A stretch of DNA of 20,000 nucleotides from an uncultured virus (IMG/VR IMGVR_UViG_3300017721_001070) (Duplodnaviria; Heunggongvirae; Uroviricota; Caudoviricetes; Kyanoviridae): the IMG/VR virus record IMGVR_UViG_3300017721_001070; one strand, 5' to 3'. The translations under genes were made by a program, and so were the position numbers. A model generated the notes under the pieces. The model saw only the letters and a list, made by a program, of their open reading frames with translations. It searched no databases and was not told the DNA's origin. Positions 12,001 to 18,048 of this stretch are shown piece after piece; positions within the stretch are counted from its first letter, which is position 1; the number at the start of each line of letters is the position of its first letter.

Positions 12001-14165
12001 ACACCATTCTTCAAAATACCAGTTGATCCTGGTACAGTGCTGAATTTTGCTCCAGTATCAACTCTTGGTTGGATTGGAAATTTCTTTAGAATTTTTTGTG
12101 GAGCAATTTTTTTATTATATTGCTCTGATAAGGTAAATTTATGAGCTCCAACTGCATTTGATGGAACTTTAATTTTAATATTTTTGTTCTGGTCTACAAA
12201 TGATCTTGCTAAGTATAGTCTTAATTTATTTGAATAGTTAATTACTTTTACATAATACTTTCTACCATCCTCAAGACCTTCAATTGGATTCTGCCCAGGG
12301 TCAACAGAATATATGACTTCATCTCCAGTAATAAATGGAAGATTATCACTGAATGATAATGTATTGTAAGTATCGTTAGTGTTTGAATCTAAATCCTGTA
12401 TAGTTCCATTTAGAGGAGAAATATTAGTTAACTCTACTTGAGTATAATCAACTTCAATATTAAAAGAAGGTAATGATGAAGATGCGGCGTAAAGATTACT
12501 GTCATCACTAGAAATATAAGTATTCTGAATATCAGATGTTAGAATATTGTTTCCAAATTCTAACTCAATTCCTGTACTAGTAGATTTTTTCTGCTTTCTT
12601 CTTATTTTATAAGAAATTCCTTGAACTAGATTTGAAATACCAGATCCTGCAAGAATTACAACATTACTAGCAGATACAGTAACACTTGCACTAGAAATAA
12701 GAATTTCATTATTTCCACCATTAAGGATTTCTACTTCATCATTATTTTTTAGAAATGCCTTATCAATAGTTTGATCTAAAACAAATGTAGAGCCTGAAAA
12801 ACTCTTTACATTAATTGTAACTGCAGTATTGTAATCCCAAGAATTGAATTTAATTTCTTCAATGGACTTATTCTTGATTGGATTCTTAATTTTCTTACCA
12901 ATAGTCTGAACTCGGAATACCTCGTCCTCGTCATTATAAAAAATAGATCCTTTTCTATTAAACTTTGAAATTACACCAGTTATCTTTAATTCTACTCTTT
13001 CCCCATCATCATTAAATGCATATGCAATATCATTTGTTCTGATTTCGTCAGTAGTTTGAATTTCTTCTGTTATTCCAGAACAATTCAAAAATTGATTGAT
13101 TGTTTTATCCGTATATGTAATAATATTATTTCCACTAATCAATAACCCACTCTTAGGGAATCCAATAGTGCTATCAACAGTAATTACTTCTGCATTTACA
13201 GCAAAATTTCCAATTGCTCTCGTTTTGTTAGTTGCACTAAATTTACCATCAAATCCTGGAGCAGGATCGCTATATCTATCAATCAGAAATACGTTATAAT
13301 ATGGTTTTCCTCTTTTTGTAATAAATTCAACTTCGGAAATAGGTGCAGATGCGCCATCTATATTTGGATCATTTGCATTTGCGTCTTGAATTAGAGTTTT
13401 GCCAGTTAATGTTAGTGGATCTCCACTTACTTTTTCAGCTACAATAGTAACTCTTCTTTTAAAATTGGCAGTTGAAGATTGTATTAGTAAATCTGCTTGA
13501 TTCTTAATATCAGACTCTTTTCCAAATAGAGCTGAGATAAGAATTTTAAATGAATCTAAAGTTCCCTTAGAAGTATAGAAGGATCTTAGGTTTTTTACAA
13601 AATTGTTAAGGTTCAGTGTAGATACAAAAGTCTCATCTTCAAATCCTGGAGCAAATGAAACTTTTAGATTTCTAAAAAATTCTTTTAAGAAAAGTACACT
13701 TAGATTAGTTACAGTTGTATCAGAACTATGACTAGACGCAGAACTCTCTTGGAATACTACTTCCCCATTTTTATAATCTGTGACGCCACTAAATCCTCTA
13801 GCGCATCCAGTTAAATCATTCCCACTTACTTCTTTGTAGTAAATGATTTCACTACCAACTTTAATTAAACCGTCATTTTTTGGCAGCCCTCTTGTAGAAG
13901 CAAGAGTAATCGTAGTATCAGTAGATGAGATACTAGATGATAGGGTGGTTTTTCCCTTGATTACATCAGGTGTAAGATTGTCAAATTTTAGATATTGATC
14001 TAAATTCTCAATAATATCAGATACCCCACCTTGGGAATCTTGTGTAAGGTAATATTGCTTTAAAAAGTCAATCGTCTTGGGACTTTCCGCGACGATATAA
14101 GATGGTAATAGACTTTCAACTAATTGTCCAATTTTAACGCGCTTGTTTATTCCGGCTTCAATCAT
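1..14165 (-). CDS. Giant virion structural protein, gp7-like baseplate wedge initiator / VrlC-like, >4,720 aa, C-terminus beyond the window edge
   Basis: ATG at 14165-14163, 1 nt after the gp6 stop. It translates as MIEAGINKRVKIGQLVESLLPSYIVAESPKTIDFLKQYY. Hand translation stays in the same frame at 10446, 6846, 3570 and 1221, and at the window edge (VFVNGVIQTPGKDYFFSGGTSFNFNFTAAPLKSDNIAIYFYRGTKDV). An internal stop would have produced a long ORF in the track, and none is listed. It contains the gp7-type motifs KNLRSFYTSKGT (~13560-13595) and RLTHIAGTKNF (~6825-6857) and lies directly after gp6. Confidence 0.9.
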   Translation of the reverse strand, partial: MIEAGINKRVKIGQLVESLLPSYIVAESPKTIDFLKQYYLTQDSQGGVSDIIENLDQYLKFDNLTPDVIKGKTTLSSSISSTDTTITLASTRGLPKNDGLIKVGSEIIYYKEVSGNDLTGCARGFSGVTDYKNGEVVFQESSASSHSSDTTVTNLSVLFLKEFFRNLKVSFAPGFEDETFVSTLNLNNFVKNLRSFYTSKGTLDSFKILISALFGKESDIKNQADLLIQSSTANFKRRVTIVAEKVSGDPLTLTGKTLIQDANANDPNIDGASAPISEVEFITKRGKPYYNVFLIDRYSDPAPGFDGKFSATNKTRAIGNFAVNAEVITVDSTIGFPKSGLLISGNNIITYTDKTINQFLNCSGITEEIQTTDEIRTNDIAYAFNDDGERVELKITGVISKFNRKGSIFYNDEDEVFRVQTIGKKIKNPIKNKSIEEIKFNSWDYNTAVTINVKSFSGSTFVLDQTIDKAFLKNNDEVEILNGGNNEILISSASVTVSASNVVILAGSGISNLVQGISYKIRRKQKKSTSTGIELEFGNNILTSDIQNTYISSDDSNLYAASSSLPSFNIEVDYTQVELTNISPLNGTIQDLDSNTNDTYNTLSFSDNLPFITGDEVIYSVDPGQNPIEGLEDGRKYYVKVINYSNKLRLYLARSFVDQNKNIKIKVPSNAVGAHKFTLSEQYNKKIAPQKILKKFPIQPRVDTGAKFSTVPGSTGILKNGVEIVNYKTDDKVYFGPLESIFVVSSGTGYDVSNPPAVRISAPNVSGATTALANLAVRGSLETVLIDSQDFNIENVFGIEIKGGNGSGALVEPVVVDSFRSVSFKSQLEENDGGVGFGEDSKIQTISNHNFGSGEVVVYDPAGNAPIPVASGFGATITTGKFLETGGVYYTEILSPTTFRLYETLNDLNSGINTVGFTTGNYGGRQSFRLLRPTKKIIGVNVLDSGSGYENRKVSIQTTGISTVSNTLEFKNHGFSTGELITYTPTGTPLTGISTSNQYFVIKVNDDKFRIAFAGVGGTDRTNFDRSLTEKFENIGSGYHEFNYPPITVDVNVSIANTVGVVTATAIVKGSIVNTLLYEKGSSYGSDILNFEKNPTVDILNGKGAELEPSIINGRINSVIVKEGGKEYFSVPDIIAEDLKGTGAIFRAIIKNQKIDSIAVINGGIGYDSDTTRVVAIPRGNRGFIAPKIRSLTINRNYKFKNDLGVSLLNKGDDVGLQYGVGGYTSKLATEFEDTDETSHSPLIGWAYDGNPIYGIYGYVDPNDSVSDIREIVSGYQIDISRVGNRPIGFPQGIFVEDYYFVGNGDLDESNGRFAKTPEFPKGTYVYYATKSTNPLSGDLEPSFPYFIGDSYRSNVVVENLSGQEESLSQEFDFNNSGVLRNTYPYAVSEENADYDFFVEPYELENQRIVVDQINSGGIESVVIVESGDDYKVGDKIDFNNEETNGGGASAEVSELKGKPVDTLVESTLTYKDIVFERTDVDKITGVIGTFHQYSTGEIISISGLSTFISGLADSHEISVPTEFTKLKTSMPNEPFGGIVTDITVSPIPEFLRPDGRVSIGTVGNREELTVLNVYKPNTVANRFIGVVRAIRGTTSIGHTIGAPVNLRPNSFEISLAGDGFVSNKKEIAYFNPKETVGLGTIAGLTTTREYTVSGFTTERDILSKSIHIQDHKFNTNQKAIFEKLSTTLPLIVSSNVGLTTFSLPADGTDSQIVYLTDKGKNLIGIKTEINGEELAFHNFGSDNYQYKLTTQPLQVRGDVSRLSATINGASRHGLSLGDDVTLQVKPNLTVGIGTSTEIRVQFQEDIQNIIIDPVGFTSSSVGISSSKFTINNHGFETGDLVYYNSSELPAGFSTGKYFVYSIDKNNFSLVETKKDLEGKTIKTVSFTSIGGTSHTIAKINPNLRIVRNNNIKFDLSHQSLFNYDFDLYLDQSFRTEFIGTGNTDIFQVTRNGTVGLGTTATFTVQFTEDLPNELFYNIKKGDLIEPDFASKNYSKISFIDSNYNIKTKVIGAAASTTSFTVSLQQTPERVSYAKTECEVLSYTTRSKTSNGGISNVRILSAGDSYKRIPGITSIRSEEGVNAEVFAESKTIGALQSVVIEKPGFDFSQDKTLKPVADIPTYYDVSNSNKVKEIKTVYGGQNFITPPDLVLVNSVTKTEVEDAEIIAKLSSGSIETVEIVSTPSGLAGVGHSVYSISNSNGISITEVDSVNTGIVTVTLRTPVLGFTTSPFKAGDKIFIDGLQTFGSVGDGFNSKDYGFTFFEVQSFNGGINPSTLTYSLQDFTTNAGIAVTDVIFGNVSKFENYPTFEVSIEPDNFTINERLQVKTPLSANFVDTDLIVTKSEGNVLKTFGDYVLESGDRIFGSVSGTRANIKNINRFEGSYDVDYGINQNFGWDDEIGFLNTDYQVIPDNDYYQKLSYSISSPLEFTEFSGPVNRLTHIAGTKNFANTLIESVGVIPDYKDTTTQNIILDYISETNTTTLRNFDFAVDTDVAEGTTSSIKFGSKKLSSYIECITNRVLTIDDISTEFVDSENLQGSFKDILVFPPIAGTSKLYILVTDVLDPTHYEIHEVIVTNDGNENSFILEKSRIKSSGVLPLIPEEEETIGEITSIYDSISIDLKVRFTPSNPTKTYNIKVFRQLFDSRTSGIGSFSVGDTELFGITKPVLTGITTTIIGVGSSEYDALMVYAEIKNTTTNELSYSELTVINDGTNVHMSEYGFSSDDRERLSFGAIGTFGAYLKTDVVANDTLAIDFHNNTAQTTQIKFNVVGLQNSNVGLSSYHIKLAGQDDGSERTARVESNKIEETSAGYGITVVGLSTLIDRYAKSVVRVAIGETISMSQVLFSQDNGLVDTMILEYAQTGVNTPIGLGTFSGEFNGPFANLLFIPDSKYNGENIKISQYSEIIYKEQDTNIAAIPDFPYGVSINDLAQAVYTPNDKLDFDLKHNGDLIFARSFNPTNSSILDLSTGELNIPNHFLFNTQEIIYTAASSIIGVNSESIGIANTLAGGSEFIGDSVINSKIVSAASTDLNINVGDEIIGVTVSTGTTIVSIGSSFRFFFGDTDGGKIISGVANTSVLAIGDTIRELDTETGFGTITSIGINSITVDNNLPVGVGSTYYSERLGIAVSMSQVALASTVGQNYTTGISTNILPSQLFAIVVDPNTIKFATKKDFAARKIGAAITATGGGNAHTIETTKKLSKTFITIDGIIQDPVSSTNIVYQTKEEVGSSRTFFAISGISTIVPGDLLKIDDEFMKVRNIGAASSNVGPISGVGTFNVVNVDRAALGTKVVDLYSHGADVELFRGAYNIIQSTIHFTDPPKGAGADFLTDDRNLFYTRSSFSGRVYLKQDYSLNEIYDDVSTQFTGIAQTFRLTSGGNRPVGLETASGSGVVFINGIHQGQTTDNNPLNVYSLETDSEGVNLQFSGTKLITGDPYLSFDDVNANQLPKGGIIVSLAYTGGTGIAPLVGAKVIVDVDASGSITTVVGVETVGTYSTITNFDYTQSSGIGTVTTENAHGFKIGDFVSMRDIEFDCTSGYDSLVGVSALDYDNVSGIMTVTTKTDHFLNKDMEVKFRDLKFECTKGFDNLLGVSTASYDHLSGIITVTTSSAHDLNRNMKVKFHDLKFECTKEFLPTVGIYTADYDNVSGIITVSTIGDHELNRNMKVKFYDLEMECQKGFDTQLGISSTEYDHVSGILTVTTSTNHLLNKGMSLRLADLEFACTEEHAGVTTTIFPDGTNGRIFNTVESTLSATQFTTQVGITTIPHIPIGGGTVETGITTTKFPSKAGIQYGITGFDYTESTGVGTITVNRNHNITIGETVDIRNIEFTCDVEHAGVTTTTFPDGTQGFEYEVLSVPSATELKVNVGISTIAHTYDSGGFVSGVKYLEGYTVTNVGSGTEFTAQIDTVGFAHTYVSGGLVQSGVTTNVFPSSEGKQFAIVNFEYTENSGSSIITLSGNHEISVGTDIKLEDIEFICSSEHAGVTTTIFPDGTQGDTFKVTGVGASTINVNVGISTIAHTYSAHGILSEVQYDEGFNVTKVNSTTEFEAQIPTVGFAHTYIAYSGGNVETGITTNVFPSDLGIEWAISGFDYTEATGVSTIATRKTHNITTGEFVRLKDIEFTCSSEHSGVTTTIFPDTIIDEFEVLDVPSGTEIKINVGPSTIAHTYSANGVAQGVKFVGGYKVGKVIDSKNFSVNALPVGFAHTYVAHSGGVVETGFTTTRFPDNRGIPFAISNFEYDKTTGFSTITTKKNYSGLAIGDVINLSGIAMTCLAYGNEIAIYDFDYTASTGVSTILTADNHGLSDGDLVMLRDIEFSCAAPHAGVTTTIFPDGTQGFYFNVNAGSSGTSIVTNVGISTIAHDYVSGTGKVRIGITTSIFPDGTQGSEFKIFGLPAPNQIITNVGVSTIDHIYDDHGVVFGVKYANPYSIRTIIDDNKFEVDVLKVGFAHTYVPSRRRGVPSGEAAEYYSGLTFGSGYFGAINVDIEEVGHEGTNASITATAGLGGTAIFSITNAGTGYTSPTINIEDPNYSEMPVVGVSRVAVGETTDSGFAAKLNVIVSASTTTGIGSTVFEASGFRLADTGFGFRRGDKFKPVGLVTATGVGTIFTDMIFEVTEISNDTFSSWNFGQVDYIDSISSLQNGVRTRFPLNLNGASLSFQKDEQNPQSALIDLDAVLLVFVNGVIQTPGKDYFFSGGTSFNFNFTAAPLKSDNIAIYFYRGTKDV
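815..3000 (-). repeat. Degenerate ~440-nt (146-148 aa) higher-order coding repeats inside the giant gene
   Basis: Cys codons at 2682, 2244, 1803 and 1359 (spacings 438, 441, 444) and another at 1221. EHAGVTTT.FPDGTQG, NVGISTIAHTY and VGFAHTY recur. An identical 23-mer occurs at 1996-2018 and 2431-2453. Confidence 0.85.
3000..3705 (-). repeat. Five tandem 141-nt (47-aa) coding repeats inside the giant gene
   Basis: The conserved Cys codon falls at 3570, 3429, 3288, 3147 and 3006, an exact 141-nt spacing. The 21-mer GAACTTGACCTTCATATTTCT is identical at 3168-3188 and 3309-3329. Confidence 0.9.
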
Positions 14166-14166
14166 T

Positions 14167-16077
14167 TTACCTTGTTAACTTACCATTGGAGTAACTTGAT
14201 GTAACGGGGAACCCTAGACCAGAAACTTGTTCTCCTGATGTAATGGTATCCTTCACCATATTTATGGTGCTTTTATCGGTCGCTAAGACAACAAACAGAT
14301 TACTCAATCCTATGATGTCATTACTTTCTGGAAATGCCTGAACTTCAATAATTCCACCAGAAATTTGTGTTCCTACAATGTTTGTAGTGCTTAGAATTAT
14401 TTCGCCAGTTACATAATTAACAGTTCCAGCATTTTTTACTAATACTGTAAAATTATCAGAAACTTCTTCAGAAACAAATGATATAACACCAGTTTTCAGA
14501 TCATCATTTGGTGTATCTGTCATATAAAGCAATTTACTAATTCCATTTATATTAAATCCAGTAGATTTAATATTTTTTCCATCTTTAGAAACATGGAAAC
14601 GATTTCCAAAACACAATTCATATTGAGCATCTCTATTTAAAGATGCTCTCAAATCTCTTCTAATCTTTATTCTTGTAATGTTTGAAGTAATGGATGTATT
14701 TGTAGAATCAATCTCATTCAGAAACTTACTATATTTGAATCTACCGCCAAAATTGTTCAAATCTTCAGATGCAGCAAAATCATTCAATGATTGACCAATT
14801 AGACTCTTTAGATCATTGACACTAACAACCTTACTTGAGTTGTAATATACAAAAGTGTCATATTCAATGGAAAGAATCTCAAGGTCAACAATAGACTGTC
14901 TAATTCCAGCTAATGAGTACTGTTTTAAGTTTGCAAGAATTTGTTGTTTATTAAATTCTGAAATATAGAGACTATTTTTTGGTTTGATACTGATCTGGAC
15001 CTCTCCAAATCTTGGTGGATCCAATTCTTCACCACCAACTACTGCTACAGACTCAGATTCTGGATAAACTAACTTGACAATGGTCTCATAATCACTAGCC
15101 GTAACCGCTCTGTACTGTGATGAATAGAGTCTAGGAGCAAAGTATTTAACAGAGCGTAAAGACTCAATTGCAGCGCCTCCTTGCGCCTTCTGAGTGGTTG
15201 TTATGTTGACTGTATTGGATGGTTGAATAACTTCATCTGTTCCACCTCTGGCATTTCCAGAAAAACTGAACACAGATGCACCATTACTATCTTTACCATC
15301 AGTTATAATATAAGAAACATCGATGACGCTACCAGTTTCTAGTGCTTTTCCAAAAATTCCATCACCAAATAGCAATTCATACTTTTCATCCTTGACTTCT
15401 TGGATGAAATAAATTTCTGAGTTTGAATCTAGAGTGGTTATACTATCAATTTTCCTATATTCTTTGCCAGCAGTTGTATCTGCAGGACCTTTTACCCTAA
15501 CAACAAGTGTTGAAGTATCAATTGAAATATTATTGAGAATAAATCTTTGATCTAGAGAAGTATCTACGGTAAAACTTTCTCTTGAAAGAGTTCCTTGGTA
15601 GATTTTTAAATTATTAAATGTAGCAGTTCTAGGGCCAACTAAAATATCACTCGCAGAGTCGAGAGGAGATGTTGTAACGATGTCTTCTGGTAGCGAGAAT
15701 ACAAAACTACTATTATTAGTGTTTCCTACGCAAATAAGACCCGCTTTTAACGTTACAGTTTGACTTTCTCCATTAAATTTAATTGAAAATGTAACTTCAG
15801 AGATAGCAGACTTTTTGGATATTGGAACATATCCAACATTTCTAGCCAAAGAGACGACATTTTCTCTTAAAGTGGCAGATTCAATGAAAGATTCATTCAC
15901 TGCCATGTTCGCATTGAACGCAGTGATGTAAGTATTGTATGCTAATGCGTCAATTAAGACAGAAAAGTTAGAACCTTCAAAATCAAAGTCGGAAAAATCT
16001 GAATTTGACCTCAGATAATCTTTAATTGACGTTTTTATTTGGTCAAAATCAATATTTGTGTAATTTGTAAATGGCAT
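14167..16077 (-). CDS. gp6: Baseplate wedge subunit, T4 gp6 homolog (636 aa)
   Basis: N-terminal DFDQIK..IKDYLR...FSDFDFEGSNFSVLIDALAYNTY...ESATLRENVVSLARNVGYVP, central LLFGDGIFGK and QYRAVTASDYE are characteristic gp6/baseplate-J motifs. It follows gp25 with a TAATG stop/start overlap. Confidence 0.95.
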   Translation of the reverse strand: MPFTNYTNIDFDQIKTSIKDYLRSNSDFSDFDFEGSNFSVLIDALAYNTYITAFNANMAVNESFIESATLRENVVSLARNVGYVPISKKSAISEVTFSIKFNGESQTVTLKAGLICVGNTNNSSFVFSLPEDIVTTSPLDSASDILVGPRTATFNNLKIYQGTLSRESFTVDTSLDQRFILNNISIDTSTLVVRVKGPADTTAGKEYRKIDSITTLDSNSEIYFIQEVKDEKYELLFGDGIFGKALETGSVIDVSYIITDGKDSNGASVFSFSGNARGGTDEVIQPSNTVNITTTQKAQGGAAIESLRSVKYFAPRLYSSQYRAVTASDYETIVKLVYPESESVAVVGGEELDPPRFGEVQISIKPKNSLYISEFNKQQILANLKQYSLAGIRQSIVDLEILSIEYDTFVYYNSSKVVSVNDLKSLIGQSLNDFAASEDLNNFGGRFKYSKFLNEIDSTNTSITSNITRIKIRRDLRASLNRDAQYELCFGNRFHVSKDGKNIKSTGFNINGISKLLYMTDTPNDDLKTGVISFVSEEVSDNFTVLVKNAGTVNYVTGEIILSTTNIVGTQISGGIIEVQAFPESNDIIGLSNLFVVLATDKSTINMVKDTITSGEQVSGLGFPVTSSYSNGKLTR

Positions 16078-16478
16078 TATCGTGTTGCCTCTAAGATAAA
16101 CGTAAATTCTTGAGTAGGGACAGATAACCCAACAATATTATATGCTACTACACACTCAAATTCATTCAAATCTGGTCTGGGAGAAACTTCTACCATGACA
16201 TTATCAACTCTTGGTTCAAATTCTTCAACAACTTGCTTGATTTGTTCCCTAATTTCGGTCGAAGCACCAAAATCAACAAATTCAAACATTAAATCACCAA
16301 CGGAAGACCCAAGATCAGGGGAAAAAAAGCGTTCGTTGAACTGTGTTTGTACTAAATTACGCACAGCTCGCTGAATTGCTCTATCATTTTTTAGTATAGG
16401 AAGGTCCTTTGTGACAGGATGAGGATCAAAAGACAAGGAAATGTCCTTAAATCCCTTTGAAACCTTTAAAACTGCCAT
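16077..16478 (-). CDS. gp25: Baseplate wedge subunit, T4 gp25 homolog (GPW/gp25 family, 133 aa)
   Basis: FKDISLSF..HPVTKD, AIQRAVRNLVQT..NERFF.PDLGS and EFEPRV motifs, typical size, adjacent to gp6. Confidence 0.95.
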   Translation of the reverse strand: MAVLKVSKGFKDISLSFDPHPVTKDLPILKNDRAIQRAVRNLVQTQFNERFFSPDLGSSVGDLMFEFVDFGASTEIREQIKQVVEEFEPRVDNVMVEVSPRPDLNEFECVVAYNIVGLSVPTQEFTFILEATR

Positions 16479-16494
16479 TTATCGACCATGAACT

Positions 16495-17163
16495 TTATGT
16501 ATTTAGAGAGGTTTCCTCCTGTTCTTCAGGAGTTTCCCAGAAATATTCATCAGTATCTCCTAGTCTACCCCATCTCACATTATTCTCAACTTGGAAATAG
16601 TGTGTGGAAACCTTAAAATCGGGTACAAGAGGTTCTTCTGGGGTAATAGAAAGATCATAAATGCGCGTTCTATTATTTGGGTACAACGCAAACTGTCCGT
16701 TTTCAAGCTCAATGCAGTTATGCGACTTATGTTCCTCTGGAATTTCACTTACATTTGTATTTGTAATATCAACATCAGGATGAAAATTATCTAAGGTAAA
16801 CAAATATTCACCTTTTATGTTTCCATAGTTTCGCGTTCTTAGTTCAAAATCCATTGAATTGATAAATTGCTTCTCAATACATCTTAATCCATAGTCCATG
16901 CAGTTCCAAAACTGCAAATTTGGCAAATCTAAATCAGGAGTAGGTGTCTCTGGACGTGAGACAAATGCGGAGATTGGCAATTTATCAAACATTGCCGCAT
17001 ACTTTGGTAAATATGTCTCAAAATAAAAAGCGCGTCCAGGAATCGACTTAGCCGATACCCAAACGCCCTCTACAAATTCGCCAAAACCATCTTTAAAATC
17101 TCGTAAATATTCTTTACGTACCCAGACTTTTTGTGCTGGTAAATTGACGACTAATTGACTCAT
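16495..17163 (-). CDS. Conserved cyanophage-type hypothetical protein (222 aa)
   Basis: Long ORF packed tightly between its neighbours. Motifs LVVNLP..KVWVRKEYL, DKLPISAF, LQFWNCMDY, EHKSHNCIELENGQFALYPNNR resemble a family I recall from T4-like marine phages. Function unknown. Confidence 0.85.
   Translation of the reverse strand: MSQLVVNLPAQKVWVRKEYLRDFKDGFGEFVEGVWVSAKSIPGRAFYFETYLPKYAAMFDKLPISAFVSRPETPTPDLDLPNLQFWNCMDYGLRCIEKQFINSMDFELRTRNYGNIKGEYLFTLDNFHPDVDITNTNVSEIPEEHKSHNCIELENGQFALYPNNRTRIYDLSITPEEPLVPDFKVSTHYFQVENNVRWGRLGDTDEYFWETPEEQEETSLNT
16500..16507 (-). promoter_or_regulatory. Putative T4-type late promoter (TCTAAATA) for the gp25-gp6-gp7 operon
   Basis: The minus strand reads TCTAAATA, one mismatch from the T4 late consensus TATAAATA, ~22 nt upstream of the gp25 ATG. 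Confidence 0.6.
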
Positions 17164-17165
17164 AG

Positions 17166-17699
17166 TTAATCAAACCATCTAAAGTTGTTATGCCATGATA
17201 ATATAGTTTTTCGTTCATCACTTTTGTTTTCCGAAGCTCTATGTACAATATAACTTGGGAACGTAAGGATATCACCTTCTTTCACTGAATCAATAGAAAT
17301 AACTTTTTTTGTTGTTAAATCCATGAATTCTGTATATGGAGCAGTTTTAGAAAACTCCAGATAGTAAACAGAAGTGAAGACACAATCATGATGAACGTGC
17401 CATCCATGTTTACCACCTCTATAGTATCTTTGATACCATATATTATCTATATCGCATTGATCATATCCCATAAATTGACCCACTTTATCCATATAGTTAG
17501 TGAGTGATTTACTTAGGATTTGAAAATAAGGTTGATCTTTTTTACCATAGTCAGTATAGATGTCCATGGTATCACCTTCCAATTTTCTTTCAAACATTGA
17601 AATGTCTGTATCGATCAACCCTAAAACCTTTTCTTTAAAGTCTAAGTGACGAGAAAAGGGGTGTATGACATAGGGTGCGTCATACTTATATAACTTCAA
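17166..17699 (-). CDS. Putative 2OG-Fe(II) oxygenase (TIGR02466/PF13759-like, 177 aa)
   Basis: NIWYQRY..GGKHGWHVH (HxH), FTSVYYL and EGDILTFPSYIVH....N.SDERK.ILSW give the metal-binding His residues and the distal Arg. The TTG start overlaps the upstream TGA. Confidence 0.85.
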   Translation of the reverse strand: MKLYKYDAPYVIHPFSRHLDFKEKVLGLIDTDISMFERKLEGDTMDIYTDYGKKDQPYFQILSKSLTNYMDKVGQFMGYDQCDIDNIWYQRYYRGGKHGWHVHHDCVFTSVYYLEFSKTAPYTEFMDLTTKKVISIDSVKEGDILTFPSYIVHRASENKSDERKTILSWHNNFRWFD

Positions 17700-17845
17700 C
17701 GCCCTTGACCTCTATATTGTTTACGAGCCGAGTTTCGCGACGACGCCGCGTATTTTGTGTTCTTACCAGAACCCTGACGAGTTCTTTTGGGTTTACCTGG
17801 TGTCCAACCATCTTTGCTGATACCAACTTTTGAACGTACTGCCAT
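17696..17845 (-). CDS. Small very basic protein (49 aa), not in ORF track
   Basis: MAVRSKVGISKDGWTPGKPKRTRQGSGKNTKYAASSRNSARKQYRGQGR*. Shine-Dalgarno GAGGAG at 17856-17861. It fills the gap between neighbours exactly, and its stop overlaps the next start. Confidence 0.85.
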   Translation of the reverse strand: MAVRSKVGISKDGWTPGKPKRTRQGSGKNTKYAASSRNSARKQYRGQGR

Positions 17846-17852
17846 AATTAAT

Positions 17853-18038
17853 TCACTCCTCTAGTAATTGCTTCATTTCATGACGATAGTTTGCAGGATT
17901 CATTGCAGGATCCTGTGTCATATAATATTCATGGGCATAGTATTCCATCTGATCCATGAATTCAGTCTCGGTAAGTTCTTCGTGAACGAGTTGCGAGCCA
18001 CGAAAGACGTTGTAATAATAATTCTTTTTCTTAGCCAT
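17853..18038 (-). CDS. Hypothetical protein (61 aa), start corrected from the 128-aa track ORF
   Basis: MAKKKNYYYNVFRGSQLVHEELTETEFMDQMEYYAHEYYMTQDP...LLEE*. GAGGT RBS at 18046-18050. The longer start would overlap the upstream gene by ~190 nt. Confidence 0.8.
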   Translation of the reverse strand: MAKKKNYYYNVFRGSQLVHEELTETEFMDQMEYYAHEYYMTQDPAMNPANYRHEMKQLLEE

Positions 18039-18048
18039 TGCATGTACC

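Noticed and set aside
346..13299. All short ORFs (60-122 aa) listed on both strands within the giant gene
   Set aside because: They are antisense or off-frame shadows of the continuous minus-strand frame and have no recognisable protein motifs.
1..14165. Intein or intron explaining the size of the giant gene
   Set aside because: In the parts I translated I saw no intein splice motifs, no LAGLIDADG or HNH motifs and no frame interruption. Repeats account for much of the length.
16591..16794. Plus-strand 67-aa ORF
   Set aside because: It is antisense to the well-supported 222-aa gene and has no independent support.
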